64,000 nt of DNA from an uncultured cyanobacterium (GTDB lineage: Bacteria > Cyanobacteriota > Cyanobacteriia > PCC-6307 > Cyanobiaceae): contig CAVONQ010000007.1 of the NCBI GenBank assembly GCA_963697335.1, positions 32,001 through 96,000 of the forward strand. The letters are read 5' to 3'. Within the stretch, counting starts at the first letter, position 1; each line of letters begins with the position of its first letter. Shown here in pieces: positions 35,334-43,362 of the stretch. The position numbers were made by a program, and so were the translations under genes. The notes below the pieces were generated by a model. It saw only the letters and a program-made list of their open reading frames with translations. It was not told the origin of the DNA and did no database searches.

Positions 35334-36470
35334 GTGGGAGGCAAGGGGCGTGAGCTCGGGCTGAAGCTCCGGGCCTGGCAGGAGAGCGGAACGCCGGGGC
35401 TGCTCAACGGCAAGACCATGGCGAACCGACTGGTGGATCTGCTCGGGGCCGATGAGATGTTGAAGGGTCCCGTGAGGGACCTGGCCGTGCAACCGCTTTT
35501 TCTGCGTGCCCTCGGCCCTTCCGGCGCCGCCCGCGACAGCTCCGTGGAGCAGCTGAGCCAGCAGCTCGCCGCCACCTATGCCCCGGCCGTGCTGGCCGAA
35601 CTGCTTGACCTGCTGGAGGCCGCCAGCGGGGTGGCCTTGCCGCGGCCGGAGAGCACGATGACCAGGCGCCACCCGCCGGCCCCAGGCGGTGGCCTGGCCG
35701 TGGACCGCGCCCTGCAAGCTCTGGGCCCCACGCTCCACGCCCTGGGCCCTGGCCTGGCCCTGGCCGCCAGCTTCGCCCTGGTGCTGCGCTGGTTCGGCGG
35801 CGAACTGGAGCGGGAGCTGTTCGAGCCCTGGGGCTGGCCCGCCGGCGTGGTACTGGCGTTGACACTGGGCCTGTTGCAGGCCCTGGCGATCGGCCCCCTG
35901 AAGGCCATCAGGCGCCAATGGCCGCTTGAGCAGGCCGATGCCTCCGATCCCCGCCAGGCCTGGCGCTGGATCACCGCCCCCTGGATCCACCACAGCCAGG
36001 CCGAGGCAGCCGTCAACGTGGTGGTGCTGCTGATCCTGCTGGGGCCCTCGCCCCTACCCCTGCCCGACCTGCTGCTGCGTTATGCCCTCACCAGCCTGGC
36101 CACCACGGCCCTGGCCCTGGTGCTGGCGAGGCGGGTCACCGACCAGCGGCGCTGGGATGGAGCCGCTGGGGCGATCAGCGCCCTGATCGGCCTGGGGGCC
36201 GCCTCCAGCCTGGTGCACTGGCGGGCCCTGGCCTACCCCCTGGGCAACAGCCTGGCCATCCCCTGCTGGGTGCTGCTGCTGATCTACGGCGCCCTGCAGC
36301 TGAGCTGGCAGCTGCCCCGCCAGAGCGACACTGACCTCAGCAGCCCCCTCGATCGCCTGCTGAGCTGCCAGTGGTGGTGGGGTCTGGCACTCGGGGTCGG
36401 CTGGGCCGTGGTCAGCCGGCTGGGGGGGCTGTTGCAACTCGCCCTGCGGGCCCGGGAAGCCGGCGGCTGA
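35334..36470 (+). CDS. Membrane protein: N-terminal helical domain plus degenerate rhomboid-like domain
   Basis: AWRWITAPWIH...N segment matches the rhomboid WR/H..N region; GAAGA occupies the GxSG position. Confidence 0.65.
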   Translation: MGGKGRELGLKLRAWQESGTPGLLNGKTMANRLVDLLGADEMLKGPVRDLAVQPLFLRALGPSGAARDSSVEQLSQQLAATYAPAVLAELLDLLEAASGVALPRPESTMTRRHPPAPGGGLAVDRALQALGPTLHALGPGLALAASFALVLRWFGGELERELFEPWGWPAGVVLALTLGLLQALAIGPLKAIRRQWPLEQADASDPRQAWRWITAPWIHHSQAEAAVNVVVLLILLGPSPLPLPDLLLRYALTSLATTALALVLARRVTDQRRWDGAAGAISALIGLGAASSLVHWRALAYPLGNSLAIPCWVLLLIYGALQLSWQLPRQSDTDLSSPLDRLLSCQWWWGLALGVGWAVVSRLGGLLQLALRAREAGG

Positions 36471-36476
36471 ACGGCC

Positions 36477-38819
36477 TCAACTGGGCTGGGCCGGGATGGC
36501 GCCCATGTAGCGGCCCCAGAGTTCGGCCACCAGGCCGCCGCTGGCCGCCTCGGCCGGCCGGTTGTCGTCGTTGCCCATCCAGATCGCCGTGAGGATCTGG
36601 CGGGAGGGGGAGTAGCCGATGAACAGCACATCGACGCCGTCGTTGGTGGTGCCGGTCTTGCCGCGGGCATCGGCCACCCCGGCGGCCGCCTTGCCGGTGC
36701 CGTCCCGCACCACCTGGGCCAGCAGGTCGTCCATCACCGCGGCATCAGCAGCCGTGAGCAGCTGGCGGGGCTGCTCACCGATCGGGGTGGTGACCCCCTG
36801 CTCCGGGCAGGTGTCGAGGCTGTAGATCGAGCGGCAGAGGCCCAGGTCGTAGATACGGCTGACTCCGTGCATCGGCACGCTGCTGCCGCCATTGGCCACC
36901 ACCGCGTAGGCGCGGGCCAGCTCGTAGAGCAGGGTTTCACGGCCACCCAGCATGGTGTTGAAGTCGGCGTCGAGGGGAGTGCTCAGGCCCAGCTGGCGGG
37001 CCTTGCGCACCACCTGGTTGAGGCCGGCCTTTTCGGCCAGCCGCAACGCCACCACATTCTCTGACTGGGCGAAGCCGCGGGCCAGCGTGATGCTGCCGCC
37101 CCCCTGGCGGCAGCCGGCCACGTAGCCCAGGGGGGCACAGGAGATCAGCTCGGTGGGGCGGGCGCCCGCCTCCAGTGCCGCCAGGTAGGGGAAGAGCTTG
37201 AAGGTGGAGCCAGGCTGGCGCAGGGCCTGAACCCGGTCGAAGCTGGAGCGGGAATAGTCGCCACCACCCACATAGGCGAGGATCTCACCGCTGCGGTAGT
37301 TGAGCGAGATCAGGGCGCCCTGGGTGAGGCCCACCCGAGCCGCCGGGCCCTCCAGGAAGCGCTGCAGTTGCAGCTGGGCCAGCTGCTGCAGCTTCGGGTC
37401 GATGGTGCTCACGACGTAGTAATTGCCGCCCGCCTCTTTCTCAGAGAGGTTGAGGCCGAAGCGGGTGCCTTCCAGTTCCCCGAGCACGTAGTCGCTGAAG
37501 AAGGGATAGCTGGAGAAGCTCGATTCACGGCAAGCGGAGGGATCGATGTTCAGCGGCCGCCGCTGGGCATCGATCAACTGCTGATCCCCCAGGTAGCCCT
37601 GCTCGTGCATGAGCTTGAGCACCAGGTCGCGGCGTTCCCGGCCAGCTGTGGGATCCTTGACATTGCAGGGGCTGTAGCCATTGGGGCTGGGCAGCAGCCC
37701 CACCAGGAAGGCCGCCTGGCCTACGTCGAGGTCGCTGACCGGCTTGCGGAAGTAGAGCCGGGAAGCCTGCTCGAAGCCGTCGGTGCCCAGGCCCAGGTGA
37801 GCCCGGTCCAGGTACATCTTGAGAATCTGGTTCTTGCTGTAGCCCACCTCCAGCTGCAGAGCCACCCAGAGCTCCCGCAGCTTGCGGCTCAGGCTGTAGT
37901 CAGTGCCCACCTCCGCGTAGTAGATGCGGGCGACCTGCTGGGTGAGGCCGCTGCCGCCGCCGCTGCCCAGCAGGGCCGAGCGCAGGGTGCCGAACAGATC
38001 CACGCCGCTGTTCCAGCCAAAGCGGGCCTCCTCGGAGGCCAGCAGGGCCTGGCGCAGATGGAGGGGGTAGGCCTGCAGGGAAGGCAGGGCCGTGGCCGAC
38101 CCCTCCTTGGCGTCGATCTGCTGGCCCGAGGCCGCCACGATCTTCACCGGGCCAGAGATCAGCCGGATGCGGGAGCCACCTCCGATCGAGGCCGCCGCCA
38201 GCAGCGCCCCCACCAGCAGGCCCGACCCCACCAGGCTGCCGAGGCCGAGCAGGTGCATGGCCTGCTCAAGGGCGCTGCGGGGGTGCAGGTAGCGGAGTCG
38301 GGGTGCCGCGCCCTTGAGCGGCGAGCCGAAGTGCACCCAGTCGCCATGGCGCAGGCGGATGGACCGGATGCGGCGATCGCGATGGAACAGGCCGTTGGCG
38401 GAATTGAAGTCCTCGAGAGCGAAATCACGCTCGCCGGGGCGCTGCTTCTCGAGAATGGCGTGCACCCGGCTGAGGCTATCGGCGGGCAGCGGCAACTCAC
38501 AGGCCGGGTCGCGGCCGATGCGGTAGCGGCCCTCCAGCAGCGCGGTGCGGCTCAGCCGCCGCTCCCCGAGCCACAGCTCCGCCACCGCCCTGTGCTCCCG
38601 CAGCGGCCCCCAGGCCGAGCGCACCGCGGCCGGACGGTCGGCCAGCCTCCCCCGGCCGCAGGCGGCCAGAAAGCGTTGCCAGGCCCGGCGGTGGCCTGGG
38701 CTGGCGGGGTCCGCGGCAGCCTCGGCCCCAGCACCGGCGGCGGACGCCCCGACCGACGGATCCAGCCGCCGGTCAGAGGCCGGATCGGTGGGCCGATCGG
38801 TGGTGGACGGGTCGGCCAT
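36477..38819 (-). CDS. FHA domain-class A penicillin-binding protein fusion
   Basis: FHA (IGR, SRVHA, SANG), TM helix, transglycosylase motifs (SEEARF, GGSGLTQQ, RKLRE), transpeptidase motifs (STFK, SEN, KTG). Confidence 0.92.
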   Translation of the reverse strand: MADPSTTDRPTDPASDRRLDPSVGASAAGAGAEAAADPASPGHRRAWQRFLAACGRGRLADRPAAVRSAWGPLREHRAVAELWLGERRLSRTALLEGRYRIGRDPACELPLPADSLSRVHAILEKQRPGERDFALEDFNSANGLFHRDRRIRSIRLRHGDWVHFGSPLKGAAPRLRYLHPRSALEQAMHLLGLGSLVGSGLLVGALLAAASIGGGSRIRLISGPVKIVAASGQQIDAKEGSATALPSLQAYPLHLRQALLASEEARFGWNSGVDLFGTLRSALLGSGGGSGLTQQVARIYYAEVGTDYSLSRKLRELWVALQLEVGYSKNQILKMYLDRAHLGLGTDGFEQASRLYFRKPVSDLDVGQAAFLVGLLPSPNGYSPCNVKDPTAGRERRDLVLKLMHEQGYLGDQQLIDAQRRPLNIDPSACRESSFSSYPFFSDYVLGELEGTRFGLNLSEKEAGGNYYVVSTIDPKLQQLAQLQLQRFLEGPAARVGLTQGALISLNYRSGEILAYVGGGDYSRSSFDRVQALRQPGSTFKLFPYLAALEAGARPTELISCAPLGYVAGCRQGGGSITLARGFAQSENVVALRLAEKAGLNQVVRKARQLGLSTPLDADFNTMLGGRETLLYELARAYAVVANGGSSVPMHGVSRIYDLGLCRSIYSLDTCPEQGVTTPIGEQPRQLLTAADAAVMDDLLAQVVRDGTGKAAAGVADARGKTGTTNDGVDVLFIGYSPSRQILTAIWMGNDDNRPAEAASGGLVAELWGRYMGAIPAQPS

Positions 38820-38823
38820 GGAG

Positions 38824-38852
38824 GCGTATCTCTGGCGCAGCCCGAGATACGC
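38824..38852. promoter_or_regulatory. Inverted repeat in the divergent intergenic gap
   Basis: GCGTATCTC-N11-GAGATACGC, perfect 9-bp arms; function inferred. Confidence 0.55.
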
Positions 38853-38876
38853 TAACCGCTCTGATCTCCCCGTCCC

Positions 38877-39152
38877 GTGCTGCGCCAGCGCGATCCTTGG
38901 GAGCCCTTCAGGCTCTGGCTGGCCCTCACGATCGGCCTCTACGCGATCCGTGCCAGCTTCGCCGCCACCTGGATGGGGGCGATCCCCGGCTGGGTGCTGC
39001 TGGCCATGGTGCTGGTCGCCTTGGCCCTGGCCAGCAAGGCCCTGGTCTTCCCCGGGCGTGTCACCCCCTACCGCGAAGGCGATGACGGCTGGTGGGCCGA
39101 CATTCAGGCCGACTGGCGCCTCTGGTGGCGCCGTCGCCGCGGGGGGGCATGA
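38877..39152 (+). CDS. Small membrane protein (about 2 TM)
   Basis: Two hydrophobic helices, Trp/Arg-rich tail, ATGA overlap with the next gene. Confidence 0.65.
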   Translation: MLRQRDPWEPFRLWLALTIGLYAIRASFAATWMGAIPGWVLLAMVLVALALASKALVFPGRVTPYREGDDGWWADIQADWRLWWRRRRGGA

Positions 39153-39898
39153 ATCCCCCACTCGCCCAGCTGCGGCTGCGGGATCAGGCCGGCAAGGTCG
39201 CCCGGCTGGATCCCCAGCAGCCACTCACCATCGGCCGGGCCACCAACAACAGGCTCTGCATGCCCGAGCAGTCGGGTCTCTCCCCCCACCACGCCGTGGT
39301 GCGCCACTCCAGCAGCCAGGGCGGCTGGGTGGTGTGCGACTGGCAGAGCACCGATGGCACCTACCTGCGGGGACAGCGCCTGCAGCACTGCCGACCCCTG
39401 GACGATGGCGACGAGATCCGGCTGGGCATCAACGGGCCGGTGTTGATTTTTTCACTGGCTCCGGCAACCCCGGCGACCAGCCCTCCAGCCCCAGAGCCCC
39501 CCCCCGCCCAGGTTCCGAGTGCGCCCCCCGCCGCTCACCGCGCCGCCTCTGCCGCCCCTGCCGCCCCACGCAGCATCGACATCGGCGGCGAGCAGATCGC
39601 CCTCGATCAGATTCGCTCGGCCACGGTGTTCAGCCTGCCGCGCCACCCCCACATCTTCAGCTGGTGGCTGCTGGTCAGCCTCGGCAGCCTGCTGCTGCTG
39701 CCCTTTCCGCTGCTGTTCTGGCCCCTGGAGGTGGCGGCCCTGGCCGGCTGGGTCCTGCTGGGGTCCCGCAAAGACCACAGCCTTGTGGTGGTGCTGCGCG
39801 ACGGTCGCGCCCAGCGGCGCAGCTTCTCCAACCGGCTCACGGCCCTCTCCCACCGCAACGGCATCCGCAAGGCCATCGGCCAGAGTCTGGGGGCCTGA
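39149..39898 (+). CDS. FHA domain membrane protein
   Basis: TIGRATNN, LSPHHA, STDGTY, LDDGDEIRLG; Pro/Ala linker; C-terminal TM hairpin. Confidence 0.88.
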   Translation: MNPPLAQLRLRDQAGKVARLDPQQPLTIGRATNNRLCMPEQSGLSPHHAVVRHSSSQGGWVVCDWQSTDGTYLRGQRLQHCRPLDDGDEIRLGINGPVLIFSLAPATPATSPPAPEPPPAQVPSAPPAAHRAASAAPAAPRSIDIGGEQIALDQIRSATVFSLPRHPHIFSWWLLVSLGSLLLLPFPLLFWPLEVAALAGWVLLGSRKDHSLVVVLRDGRAQRRSFSNRLTALSHRNGIRKAIGQSLGA

Positions 39899-39911
39899 CC
39901 AGCCACCCCCT

Positions 39912-41246
39912 GTGACCTGGATCCTGCCGGAAGGCGCCAGCCTCGACCTCGAGGGCATGGCCGGCCCGCTGCGGGTGCTGCGGGGCCTCGGCGGCGGCAC
40001 CCAGGGACAGGTGTACGCGGTGGAGACCGCCGGGGAACAGCTGGCGCTGAAGTGGTACCTGCCAGCCTGCATCGCCCGCGATCCGAATCTGGAGCGGCGG
40101 CTGGGGGAGAGCATCCGGGCCACAGCTCCCAGCGACGCCTTCCTCTGGCCCCTGGCCCTGGTCAAGGCCAGCCCAGGGGCCCTGGGGCTGATACGCACTC
40201 GAGAGCCGGGCTTCGGCTACCTGATGGAGCTGCGCCCTGCCGGCTTCCTCGGGGCCCATGAGCATGTGGGCGGCCACCTGGAGATCAGCCTGCGCAACGT
40301 GGTGCGGGCCTGCTTCTTTCTGGCGGAGGCCTTCCACGCCCTGCACCTCAAGGGCCTCTGTTACAAAGACATCTCCCTGGGCAACCTGTTCCTGGAGCCC
40401 TCCAGCGGCCGCATCCTGATCTGCGACAACGACAACGTCGACGTGGATGGCCGCGACCTGGGCAGCGTGCTGGGCACCCCCGGCTTCATGGCGCCGGAGA
40501 TCCTGATGGGCCGGGCCCGGCCGGGGGCCGCCAGCGATCTGTTCTCCCTGGCGGTGCTGATCTTCCGCCTGCTCACCCGTAGCGATCCGCTGCGGGGGGA
40601 GCGGGAACTGGCGATCCGCTGCCTCGACGAGCCCGCCCGGCGGCGGCTCTACGGCGAGGAGCCCCTGTTCATCTTCGATCCGCGCGATGCCCGCAACCGG
40701 CCCGACCCGATCGAGCACGCCGCCGCCCTGGTCACCTGGCCGATCTACCCCGAGCCGATCAAGCGGCTGTTCGAGCAGACTTTCTGCGACGGCCTGCAGG
40801 CTCCGCGGCGGCGGGCCCTCACCGGCCAGTGGATGGCCGCCCTGGCGGCGGCCCTGGACCAGCGCCAGCCCTGCCCCCACTGCGGCCAGGAGACCTTCCC
40901 GGATCCGGCGGCCCAGGCCCCCCTCTGCTGGAGCTGTGGCAACCCCCTGCCCGCGCCGCTGCGGCTGAGGCTCGCCCATGGCCTGGTGACGGCGGCGGCG
41001 GGCAACGAGCTCCATCCCCACCATGGCGACAGCCGGCTGCCCGTGGCCCTACACCAACCCGTGGCCAGGGTGGAGGCTCACCCCGGTGATCCCACCCTGC
41101 TGGGGCTGCGCAACCTGGGCAACCAGGCCTGGCTGGCCGAACTCACAAACGACAGGCGGGTCACGGTGGAACCGGGCCAAACCTGTAATCTCGCGCCACT
41201 GGTGCGGCTGATCACGCCGACCGGGGCCATTGCGCTGCAGTCCTGA
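39912..41246 (+). CDS. Ser/Thr protein kinase (TerY-associated type) with Zn ribbon
   Basis: LGGGTQGQV, ALK, YKDISLGN, CDNDN, GTPGFMAPE, SDLFSLA; CPHCG...CWSCG. Confidence 0.9.
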   Translation: MTWILPEGASLDLEGMAGPLRVLRGLGGGTQGQVYAVETAGEQLALKWYLPACIARDPNLERRLGESIRATAPSDAFLWPLALVKASPGALGLIRTREPGFGYLMELRPAGFLGAHEHVGGHLEISLRNVVRACFFLAEAFHALHLKGLCYKDISLGNLFLEPSSGRILICDNDNVDVDGRDLGSVLGTPGFMAPEILMGRARPGAASDLFSLAVLIFRLLTRSDPLRGERELAIRCLDEPARRRLYGEEPLFIFDPRDARNRPDPIEHAAALVTWPIYPEPIKRLFEQTFCDGLQAPRRRALTGQWMAALAAALDQRQPCPHCGQETFPDPAAQAPLCWSCGNPLPAPLRLRLAHGLVTAAAGNELHPHHGDSRLPVALHQPVARVEAHPGDPTLLGLRNLGNQAWLAELTNDRRVTVEPGQTCNLAPLVRLITPTGAIALQS

Positions 41247-41269
41247 GCGAGTCGTCGAGCCCGGAACCG

Positions 41270-42052
41270 ATGCCCTTCCCCAACGTCAGGCTCGCCAATC
41301 GCCCACTCCATTTCATCTACATCTGCGACTGCTCCGGTTCGATGGAGGCCCAGGGCAAGATGCGGGCCCTCAACCAGGCGATCCGCCAGTCCTTGCCGGG
41401 CATGGCCGAGGTGGCCCGCCAGAACCCGGAGGCGCGGGTGCTGGTGCGGGCCGTGAGCTTCGCCGACCGGGCCGGCTGGCACATCGCCGCGCCCACGCCG
41501 GTGCAGGAGCTGGAGTGGGTGGATCTGCAGGCCGGTGGCATCACTGCCATGGGGGAGGCCCTGGAGCTGGTGGCTGCGGTGTTGCAGTCGCCGCCGATGG
41601 AGGAGCGGGCCCTGCCGCCGGTGCTGGTGCTGATCTCGGACGGTCAGCCCACCGACGACTTTGACGCTGGCCTGGCCAACCTGATGCGGCGCCCCTGGGC
41701 CCAGAAGGCGGTGCGCCTGGCGATCGCCATGGGCCACGACGCCGACACCGAAGTGCTGCAGCAGTTCATCGGTCCTGACCCTGCCGGCCATCTGCCCGCG
41801 GGAGAAATTCCCGGGGCCAGCGGCCAGAGCCCCCTGCACTGCGTGGGCAGATCCCCCCGCCGGCCGCTCCAGGCCAGCAACGCCACCTCCCTGGCCCAGT
41901 ACATCCAGTGGGCCTCCACCGCCGTGGTGGGCGCGGCCTCCATGCCCACCAGCCGCCTGGCGGGAACGGGCCCTGCCGGCAACATCCCCCTGCCGGATCT
42001 GCCCCCCACCCAGCTGGACCCCACCGACGATGTGGGACCGGTGGTGTGGTGA
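41270..42052 (+). CDS. TerY/YegL-like vWA domain protein
   Basis: RPLHFIYICDCSGSM (MIDAS DxSxS), GGITAMGEAL, LISDGQPTDD. Confidence 0.92.
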   Translation: MPFPNVRLANRPLHFIYICDCSGSMEAQGKMRALNQAIRQSLPGMAEVARQNPEARVLVRAVSFADRAGWHIAAPTPVQELEWVDLQAGGITAMGEALELVAAVLQSPPMEERALPPVLVLISDGQPTDDFDAGLANLMRRPWAQKAVRLAIAMGHDADTEVLQQFIGPDPAGHLPAGEIPGASGQSPLHCVGRSPRRPLQASNATSLAQYIQWASTAVVGAASMPTSRLAGTGPAGNIPLPDLPPTQLDPTDDVGPVVW

Positions 42053-43362
42053 ACCGCTGGCACCCACCGCTCCAGGCACGCCGCAGCGGTGCGGCCCATC
42101 GGCGCCAGGGCCGCCCCTGCCAGGACGCGGTGGCCATCGGCGAGCTGCGCAGCCGCGACGGCCAGGCCGTGCAGGTGATGGCCGTGGCCGATGGCCATGG
42201 CGGTGAGCGCTACATCCACAGCGCCGAGGGCAGCCGCCTTGCCTGCAGCGTGGCCCTGGCGGCCGTGGACCAGGGGCTGCGGGCCGGCGACCTGCCTGCT
42301 GGCGAGGGGCCGGAGCTGCAGGCGTGGCTGCACTGGCTGGCGGTCGCCCTGCCCCGCCAGCTCCACAGCGACTGGCTCAACGCCGTGCAGGGACACTGGC
42401 AGGGCCTGACCGCCCTGGAGCAGGCCCAACCCGCCGAAGCCGACGTGCCCCTGCTCTACGGCACCACCCTGGGGCTGGTGCTGATGGCCCCCGGCTGGTG
42501 GGGCTTCACCGGTCTTGGCGACTGGGACCTGGTGCGGATCGACGCGGCGGGCCAGGGGGAGCTGCTGAGCGAGGAGCCGTTCATGGGCGGTGGTGAAGCC
42601 ACCGGCAGCCTCTGTCTGGAGCGGGCGGCCGAGGGATTCCGCAGTGGGCTGACACCGATCCGCGATCCCGATCGCGCCTTCGCCCTGGTGTTAAGCAGTG
42701 ACGGCATCCGCAAGTCGTGCGCTACCGATGCCGACTTTCTCGCCCTGGCCTGCCACCTGGCCAGCACCGCGGCTTTGGCAGCCGGCGACGATCTGGCCGC
42801 CTGCCTCGATCAGATCAGCTGCGAGGGCAGCGGCGACGACGTGACCGTGGCCATCGGCCACTGGGGCGGATCGGGTCCCATGACCGAGCCACAGCCGGCT
42901 GCAGAGCCACCTCCTCCACCGGCTCCACAGCGACGGAGCAGGACCATCGGGCTCGCAGCCCTGGCCCTGGTGGTGGTAGCCGGGATGGTCTGGGGCTGGC
43001 TGGGACAGCGGCAGCGGAACCAGGCCGGCCGCCCGGCCGCGCCCGTGGCGGCCGAGATCACCCGGCTCTGCCGCAGCCCCGCCGCCACCATCGGCGGTAC
43101 CCTGAGCGGCCGGCGCAGTCAGTTCAGCGGGCTCCGCCAGGGCACCCTGACCCCCGCCCAGCTGCTGGCCTCGGCCCAGCTCGACCCCCTTGGTGCCCTG
43201 ATCGCCAGCAGTTTCGATCCGGGCAGGGCTGGCATGGTCCAGGGGTCCGGCCTCCGGGACCTCGCCCTCTGTCCCGATCTGGCAGCCGCCCTGGGCCAGC
43301 AGTGGCAGGCGGGCAGTGCCGCCGCGGCACCCAAGCTCGATTCCCTCCCTTCCCCGCCATGA
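42049..43362 (+). CDS. PP2C-type phosphatase (YegK-like) with TM helix and C-terminal domain
   Basis: GAAH....PCQD, VADGHGG, YGTTL, GLGD, SDGI, GDDVT; TM IGLAALALVVVAGMVWGWLG; GTGA overlap with the vWA gene. Confidence 0.88.
   Translation: MNRWHPPLQARRSGAAHRRQGRPCQDAVAIGELRSRDGQAVQVMAVADGHGGERYIHSAEGSRLACSVALAAVDQGLRAGDLPAGEGPELQAWLHWLAVALPRQLHSDWLNAVQGHWQGLTALEQAQPAEADVPLLYGTTLGLVLMAPGWWGFTGLGDWDLVRIDAAGQGELLSEEPFMGGGEATGSLCLERAAEGFRSGLTPIRDPDRAFALVLSSDGIRKSCATDADFLALACHLASTAALAAGDDLAACLDQISCEGSGDDVTVAIGHWGGSGPMTEPQPAAEPPPPPAPQRRSRTIGLAALALVVVAGMVWGWLGQRQRNQAGRPAAPVAAEITRLCRSPAATIGGTLSGRRSQFSGLRQGTLTPAQLLASAQLDPLGALIASSFDPGRAGMVQGSGLRDLALCPDLAAALGQQWQAGSAAAAPKLDSLPSPP

Noticed and set aside
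38820..39224. 135-aa N-terminal extension of the FHA-PBP (915-aa ORF)
   Set aside because: Overlaps two coherent plus-strand genes; ATG 38819 is the more plausible start
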